A stretch of 64,000 nucleotides of DNA from Bacteroidia bacterium. GTDB taxonomy: Bacteria; Bacteroidota; Bacteroidia; Palsa-965. The stretch spans positions 271,426 through 335,425 of the forward strand of contig JALONL010000003.1 of assembly GCA_025454955.1 (NCBI GenBank), in the 5' to 3' direction. How positions within the stretch are numbered: the first letter of the stretch is position 1; each line of letters begins with the position of its first letter. Under the pieces are notes generated by a model. It was not told the origin of the DNA, did no database searches, and was given only the letters and a program-made list of their open reading frames with translations. Positions 49,701-57,989 of this stretch are shown here, in pieces. The translations under genes were made by a program, and so were the position numbers.

Positions 49701-52700
49701 CGCCTGTATGTACGGGCAATACGCTCAACCTTACCACTCCGGCAGTAGTTGGTGCCACCTATTCATGGACAGGCCCCAACAGTTTCTCTTCTTCATTACA
49801 AAATCCAAGTGTAACCAACGTAACTACAGCCGATGCCGGAACATACAGTGTAACGGTAACCGTAAACGGCTGTACTTCGGTTGCCGGAACCACTGCGGTA
49901 ATCATCAATACCACACCGCTTGCTCCGGCTATTTCGAGCAATACACCTGTGTGTGCCACCACGCCGCTTAACCTTACTGCGGCTACTGTAGCCGGTGCAA
50001 CTTATGCCTGGTCTGGCCCCAACAGTTTCACCTCCACACTGCAAAACCCCACCATTGCCAGTGCTCCGCTTGCCGCAAACGGTACCTATTCGCTGGTAAT
50101 TACGGTGAATGGATGTCCCTCTACTCAAACCACCACCGTGGTATCTGTTGTTACCTGTCCCGATACGGATGGTGATGGTATTTTCGATCCGTATGATCCG
50201 GATGATGATAACGACGGTATCCTCGATGTGACAGAAGGAACCGGTGATGTTGACGGAGACGGAATTCCCAACTCGCTTGATCTTGATTCGGATAACGACG
50301 GTATTACCGACGTGGCCGAAAACGGCGGTGCCGATTCTGACGGAAACGGTATCATTGACAACTGCACCGACGTGGACAGTGATGGTCTCTGCGGTGTAGT
50401 CGATCCATCAACCGGCGGTACCCCGCTTGCCACATTGAACAATGACGGCGACGGTTTACCCAACTTCCTCGATCTCGATGCGGATAACGATGGTATTGTA
50501 GATATTATCGAAGTTGGCGGCACCGATGCAAACGGCGATGGCCAGGTGGACGGAATTGCCGACAGCGACAGCGATGGTTTACGCGACGCAGTGGATCCGA
50601 ACCAGAGTGGCATACCAATATTTACCACCGGAGCCGATGCCAACACCGATGGCCGTCCCGACAGCTATCCGACCGACAATGCCGACAACAACGGCCTGCC
50701 CAACTTCCTCGATATTGATGCCGATAACGACGGTATAGTGGATAATATCGAAGGCCAGTCATCGGCCGGATATACACCGCCTACCGGCACCGACAGCGAT
50801 GGCGATGGAATTGATAATGCCTACGATAACTTTGCCGGATTTGGCGGCGCGGGTGTAACACCGGTAAATACCGATGCAGCCACCGACGGTGCCGACTACA
50901 TTGATACCGATGCCGACAACGACGGCGACCTTGATGCGCTCGAAGGCTGGGATACCGATAACAACGGTGTGGCCAACACATTGCCTGCCGGTACCGATGC
51001 CGATGGCGACGGTCTCGACGATAACTACGACACCAACGACGCGCTTTGGAATCCAGGCAACGGACAAACACCCACCTCATTCCCGAACCTTGATAACACC
51101 GCCACACCCCAGCTCGACTGGCGCGAAGCGCTTGACAATGATGGCGATGGTGTAACCGACATCAACGATCCGGATGATGACAACGACGGTGTAACCGACA
51201 TTGCAGAAGGAACCGGTGATGCCGACGGCGACGGAATTCCGAACAACCTTGATCTCGACAGTGATAACGACGGAATTACCGACGTAATTGAAAACGGTCT
51301 CCTTGATGCCAACGGCGATGGCATTGTGGATGGTTTCACCGACGTGGACAACGACGGTTTGAACGATGCACAGGATCCAAGCCAGAGCGGAACACCGGTA
51401 ACACCCGGCGACAGAGACAACGACGGTGTACCCAACTTCCTTGATCTCGACAGCGATAACGACGGTATTACCGACGTAGCCGAAAACGGCGGTGCTGATG
51501 CCGACGGCGACGGACGCATTGACGGATTTACAGACACCAACGGCAATGGCCTTGCCGATAACGTGGATCCCACCGCAGGCGGCACACCGCTGCCCACACT
51601 GAACAGCGATGGTGACTCAGCCCCCAATTACCTTGACCTCGACAGCGATAATGATGGCATAGTGGACATCATTGAAGTAGGCGGCACCGATGCCAATGGC
51701 GATGGCCAGGTGGACGGTACTGCCGATGCTGACGGCGATGGTTTGCGCGATACGGTTGACCCCACACAAAGCGGCACACCAATATTTACCACCGGTGCCG
51801 ATACCAACAACGACGGCCGCCCGAACAGCTACCCGAACGATAACGCAGACAGCAACGGCCTGCCCAACTTCCTCGATATTGATGCCGACAACGATGGTAT
51901 TGCAGATAACATCGAAGGCCAGTCAACAGCAGGCTACACACCGCCCACCGGCAACGATACCGATGGCGATGGCATTGACGATGCCTATGATACCACTGCA
52001 GGCTTTGGCGGCGCAGGTGTAACACCGGTAAATACCGACTCTGCCTCTGACGGTGCCGACTACATTGATACCGATGCCGACAACGACGCCATAAGCGATG
52101 CCATTGAAGGCTGGGACACCAACGGCGACAACGTAGCCGACACCACCCCTTCGGGCAACGATGCCGACGGCGATGGTCTTGACGACAACTACGACAACAA
52201 CGACGCACTCTGGAACCCGACCAACGGCCAGACACCCACATCGTTCCCGAACCTCGACAATCCTTCAACCACGCAGCTCGACTGGCGTGAAATTGAAGAC
52301 TTCGACAACGACGGCGTGGCCAACGCATTCGATCCGGATGATGACAACGACGGCATTCTCGACGTAACCGAAGGAACTGCTGACACCGACGGCGATGGCA
52401 ACCCTGATGCCACCGACCTCGACTCTGACAACGACGGTATTACCGATGTGGCTGAAAACGGCGGTGCTGATGCTGACGGCGACGGATTCATCGACAACTT
52501 TACCGATGCTGACAACGACGGTCTGGCCGATGCAGTTGACCCCTCGCAGGGCGGCACTCCGCTGGCTACACTCGATAACGATGGCGACGGTCGCCCGAAT
52601 TACATTGACCTCGACAGCGACAACGACGGCATTGTAGATATTATCGAAGCCGGCGGAACAGATGCCGACGGTAACGGTATAGTGGATAATGCCACCGACG

Positions 52701-55700
52701 CAGACAACGACGGTCTGTACGACGTGGTTGATCCCACACAAAGCGGCACACCGATATTTACCACCGGAGCCGACACCAACAACGACGGCCGCCCGGACAG
52801 CTATCCGAACGACAATACCGACAACAACGGCCTGCCCAACTTCCTCGATATCGACAGCGATAACGATGGTATTGTGGACAACATCGAAGGCCAGTCGACA
52901 CCGGGCTATACACCGCCCACTGGTCTCGACAGCGACAACGACGGTATTGACAATGCTTACGACAACTTCGCCGGCTTTGGCGGTGGTGGTGTAACGCCTG
53001 TAAACACAGACGGTACGCCCGACGGTCCCGATTACACGGACACCGACACCGACAACGACGGCATGAACGATGCCCTCGAAGGCTGGGACACCAACAACGA
53101 CGGAAACGCCGACACCACACCTTCGGGCAACGATGCCGACGGCGATGGTCTCGACGACAACTATGACAGCAACGATGCCCTCTGGAATCCGACCAACGGC
53201 CAGACACCCACATCGTTCCCGAACCTCGACAATGCTTCCACCCCACAGCTCGACTGGCGCGAAACCGACGACTCGGATAACGACGGCGTACTGAACAACG
53301 TGGATCCTGACGACGACAACGACGGCATCCTTGACATTGTGGAAGGCACCGCCGATACCGACGGCGACGGAATTCCGAACTACCTCGATCTCGACAGCGA
53401 CAACGATGGTATTCCTGATGTAACCGAAGCTGGTGGCTCTGATCCTGACGGCGACGGCATTATCGGCAACGGTCCGTTTACCGATACCGATAACGATGGT
53501 CTTGGCGATCTTGTGGATCCCAGCACCGGCGGCACTCCGCTGCCTTACCCCGACAGCGACGGCGACGGCATTCCGAACACACAAGACCTCGACAGCGATA
53601 ACGACGGCATTACTGATGTAACCGAAGCAGGCGGCACCGATGCCAACGGCGACGGCATCATTGACGGCTTTACTGATACCGACAACGATGGTCTGGCCGA
53701 TGTGGTGGATCCGAACAACGGCGGAACCCCGCTGCCCACGCCCGACAGCGACGGAGACGGCAACGACGATTACGTAGATCTCGACAGCGACAACGACGGC
53801 ATAACCGATGTAACCGAAGCAGGCGGCACCGATGCCAACGGCGACGGTATCATTGACGGCTTTGCCGACACCGACAACGATGGTCTGAGCGACAACGTGG
53901 ACACCAACAACGGTGGCACTGCATTGCCCACACCCGACAGCGATGGCGACGGCAACGACGATTACGTGGATCTCGACAGCGACAACGACGGCATTCCTGA
54001 TGTGGTAGAAGCAGGCGGCACCGATGCCAACGGCGATGGCGTAATTGACGGCTTTGCCGATACCGACAACGATGGTTTGAGCGATAACGTGGACACCAAC
54101 AACGGTGGCACCGCACTGCCAAACCCCGACAGCGATGGCGATGGACTTAACGATGTAATCGACCTCGACAGCGACAACGACGGTATTACCGATGTAACCG
54201 AAGCTGGCGGCACCGATGCCAACGGTGACGGCATCATTGATGGCTTTGCCGATACCGACAACGACGGTCTGAGCGATAACGTGGACACCAACAACGGTGG
54301 CACCGCATTGCCCACACCCGACAGCGATGGCGACGGCAACGACGATTACGTGGATCTCGACAGCGATAACGACGGTATTGCCGATGTAGTGGAAGCAGGC
54401 GGCACCGACGCCAACGGCGATGGTATAATTGACGGCTTTGCCGATACCGACAACGATGGTTTGAGCGATAACGTGGACACCAACAATGGCGGCACCGCAT
54501 TGCTCAACCCCGATACCGACGGCGACGGATTGAACAACGTAGTTGATCTCGACAGCGACAACGACGGCATTACCGATGTAGCCGAAGCAGGTGGCACCGA
54601 CGCCAACGGCGACGGCATCATTGACGGCTTTGCCGATACCGACAACGATGGTCTGAGCGATAACGTAGACACCAACAACGGCGGAACAGCACTGCCTGTG
54701 CCTGACACCGACGGCGATGGTGTGGACAATTACCTCGACCTCGACAGCGACAACGATGGCATTACCGATGTAATTGAGAACGGCGGTGCCGACAGCAACG
54801 GCGATGGTATCATTGACGGATTTGCCGACACCAACAACAACGGTCTTGCCGATGATGCCGATCCGGCAAACGGAGGAACTCCGTTTGGCGAAGCCGATCA
54901 GGATGGTGATAACATTCCGAATTACCTTGATCTCGACAGCGATAATGATGGAATAGTGGACATTGTGGAAACCGGCGGAACCGACGCCAACGGCGACGGT
55001 CAGGTGGATGCATTTGCCGATACCAACGGAAACGGTTTGGCCGACAGCGTGGATCCTGCCACCTCCGGCACACCCAATACCACTACCGGCAACGATACCA
55101 ACAGCGATGGCCGTCCGGACAGCTACCCGAACGACAATGCAGATAACAGTGGTCGTCCCGACTTCCTGGATATTGATGCCGATAACGATGGTATTGTAGA
55201 TAACATCGAAGCGCAGTCAACCACCGGTTATGTGGCGCCCACGGGCAACGATACCGACGGCGACGGCATTGATGATGCGTATGACACTACACCGGGCTTT
55301 GGTGGCGCAGGCGTAACACCTGTGAACACCGACGGTGCCGATACACCCGACTACATTGATACCGACACCGACAACGACGGCTTCTCGGATCTGGTAGAAG
55401 GCAACGACTTCAACAACAACAACCAGCCCGATGTACTGCCCAGCGGTAACGATACGGATGGCGACGGACTGGATGATTCCTACGACAACGTAAACACCAC
55501 CGGCACCGCCAACGTAACCAACAACGATGCTCCCGCCACCGGAACCACATTCCCCGACGTGGATGTAGTGGGCGGTGAACTCGACTGGCGCGATCCGGTG
55601 GATACCGATGGTGATGGTATTTCCAACAACATTGACATTGACGATGACAACGATGGAATTACCGACGTAACCGAAGCAGCCACCGCCTCAAACAACGGCG

Positions 55701-57973
55701 ATACCGACGGAGACGGAATTCCCGATCAGCTTGATCTCGACAGCGACAACGACGGCATTGCCGACGTAATTGAAGCCAATGGTTCTGACCCCGACAACGA
55801 CGGCGTAACCGGCACCGGTCCCATTACCGACCTCAACGGCGACGGTCTGGCTGACAACCTCGGCCCGAACGGTTTGCCCGGCGTGGATACCGATGGCGAT
55901 GGTCGTCCTGACTTCCAGGATCTCGACAGCGACAACGACGGCATCAACGACCTCACCGAAAGCGGCGGCAACCAGACCGATGCCAACAGCGACGGCCAAG
56001 TAGATGGCCCCGACACCGACGGCGATGGTTTGCCCGACAGCTCTGACAGCAGCAACGGCGGCTCGCTTACCGGCAACCCAACCGACTTTGACGGCGACGG
56101 CGTGGACGACTACCGCGACCTTGATTCGGACAACGACGGTATTAACGACGTGGTAGAATCGGGCAACGGTGCGCTGGATGCCAACAACGACGGTATTGTG
56201 GACGGCGGCGATGCCGACAACGACGGTATCCGCGATGCGGCCGATGCCAACGACACCACTTTCGGCGATCCGGATACGACTGATGCTCCGGGCGATTTCG
56301 ATGGCGATGGTAACCCTGATTACAACGACCTCGACAGCGACAACGACGGCATCAACGACATCACCGAAGCCAACCTCGACAACCTCGATACCAACAGCGA
56401 CGGTGTAGTGGATGGCCCCGATACCGACGGCGACGGCATTAACGATCCGGCCGACGGAGCCAACGGAACCTTTGGCGATGCCAACAGCCCGGCACTGCCC
56501 GATACCGACGGCGACGGCACACCCGATTACACCGATCTCGACAGCGATAACGACGGCATCAACGACATTACCGAAGCCGGTCTCGACAACCTCGATGCCA
56601 ACAGCGACGGCGTAGTGGATGGCCCTGATACCGACGGCGATGGAATAAACGACCCGGCCGATGCCAACGATGGCCTGTATGGCGATCCTGACACGACCGA
56701 TATTCCGACCGACTTTGACGGCGACGGAGTTCCGGATTACCGCGATCTCGACAGCGACAACGACGGTACAAACGATGTAGTGGAATCGGGCAATGCCAGT
56801 GCCGACCTGAACGGCGACGGATTAGTGGACGGCACCGATACTGACGGCGATGGTATTGTAGATGTGGTAGATGCCAGCAACGGCACCTACGGCGATGCGG
56901 ATGTAAACGACACACCCGTGGACACCGACGGCGACGGCCAGCCCGACTACAACGACCTCGACAGCGACAACGACGGCATCAATGATGTGATTGAAGCCGG
57001 CAACGGTGCTCTCGATACCAACAACGACGGCATAGTGGATGGCCCCGATACCGACGGCGACGGCATAAACGACCCGGCCGACGGCAACACCGGAGTATTT
57101 GGCGACACGCCGGGCAATCCGCTGCCTGACACCGACGGCGACGGAGTTCCCGACTACCTCGATCTTGATTCCGACAATGACGGCATCAACGATGTGGATG
57201 AAGGCGGCAACGGCGACCTCGATGCCAACAACGATGGCATAATTGACGGTGTGGACACCGACGGTGACGGCATCCTTGATCCGGTTGACGGAAGCACCGG
57301 TTACGGCGACAACCCCGGCAACCCGCTGCCGCCAGATACAGATGGTGACGGAATTCCCGACTATCAGGATCTCGACAGCGATAACGACGGAATCTTCGAT
57401 GTGGATGAAAACGGCAACGGAGATCTTGATACCGATAACGACGGAACCATTGACGGCAACGATACCGATGGAGATGGTATTCTCGATCCGGTTGACGGAG
57501 CAAACGGAACCTGGGGCGATGCCGGAAACAATCCAGTGGACACCGACGGCGACGGAACACCGAACTATCAGGATCTCGACAGCGACGGTGATGGAATTCC
57601 CGACGGCACCAGCGACGAAGTAATTGCCGAAGACTGCGACGGCGATGGAATCTCGAACTACCTCGATCCCGATCCGTGCGATCTGTTAGTTCCGGAAGGC
57701 TTCTCACCGAACGGTGACGGTACCAACGATTTCTTCGAAATCAAAGGCATCACGGCATTCCCGAACAACAACATTCAGATCTTCAACCGCTGGGGTAATC
57801 TGGTGTACGAAGGCAATGGCTACGACAATGCCGCAGTACGCTGGGATGGCACCAACAAGGCCGACGGTATAAGCACCGGCAGCGGTCTGGTTCCGGAAGC
57901 CACTTACTTCTACGTGATTGATCTGGGCGACGGAAGCCCGGTAATGAAAGGTTACATCTACGTGAAATACTGA
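43790..57973 (+). CDS. Giant (about 4.7 k aa) cell-surface adhesin-like protein with a T9SS type-B C-terminal domain (gliding-motility-associated CTD)
   Basis: Signal peptide (the start may be the M at 43823, [23 protein letters not shown]). N-terminal beta-propeller/SBBP-like repeats. A PKD-like domain ([10 protein letters not shown]). 15 tandem Ig-like repeats of 80 aa. About 2,500 aa of thrombospondin type-3-like D-rich calcium-binding repeats (DxDxDGxxDxxD). C-terminal ...[25 protein letters not shown]...[12 protein letters not shown]...[22 protein letters not shown] matches the type-B CTD. Confidence 0.9.
   Translation: [4727 protein letters not shown]
46500..50100 (+). repeat. 15 in-frame tandem 240-bp (80-aa) Ig-like repeats inside the giant gene, with a roughly 0.72 kb three-repeat super-unit duplicated
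   Basis: A recurring ...[16 protein letters not shown](L/I)[18 protein letters not shown].S.LQNP....AT.[21 protein letters not shown]... unit, with high nucleotide identity between copies. Repeats 7-8-9 (about 47970-48700) are nearly identical to repeats 10-11-12 (about 48700-49430). Confidence 0.85.
50150..57650 (+). repeat. Coding calcium-binding aspartate-rich (thrombospondin type-3-like) repeat region with nested periodicities
   Basis: Four ~1.1 kb super-repeats, each starting ...[17 protein letters not shown].DGDG and ending ...[17 protein letters not shown], at about 50160, 51130, 52300 and 53270. About six near-identical 186-bp units ([64 protein letters not shown]) at about 53560-54700. 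About eight ~190-bp units (TDGDG.[43 protein letters not shown]) at about 55700-57600. Confidence 0.85.
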
Positions 57974-57989
57974 TAGGAGGGAAGAAGCT

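Noticed and set aside
46000-57700. Dozens of ORFs on both strands (for example 46067-46642, 50125-50646, 52265-53584, 57186-57707) inside the giant gene, with the tandem repeats as a possible CRISPR or satellite array
   Set aside because: The repeats are in-frame codon-level repeats of one continuous 14 kb ORF, with periods of 240 bp and 186 bp and protein-coding conservation patterns. They have no CRISPR-type spacer alternation. The other ORFs are alternative-frame or antisense readings of repetitive GC-rich DNA, and their Arg/Cys/His/Pro-rich output is diagnostic of that.
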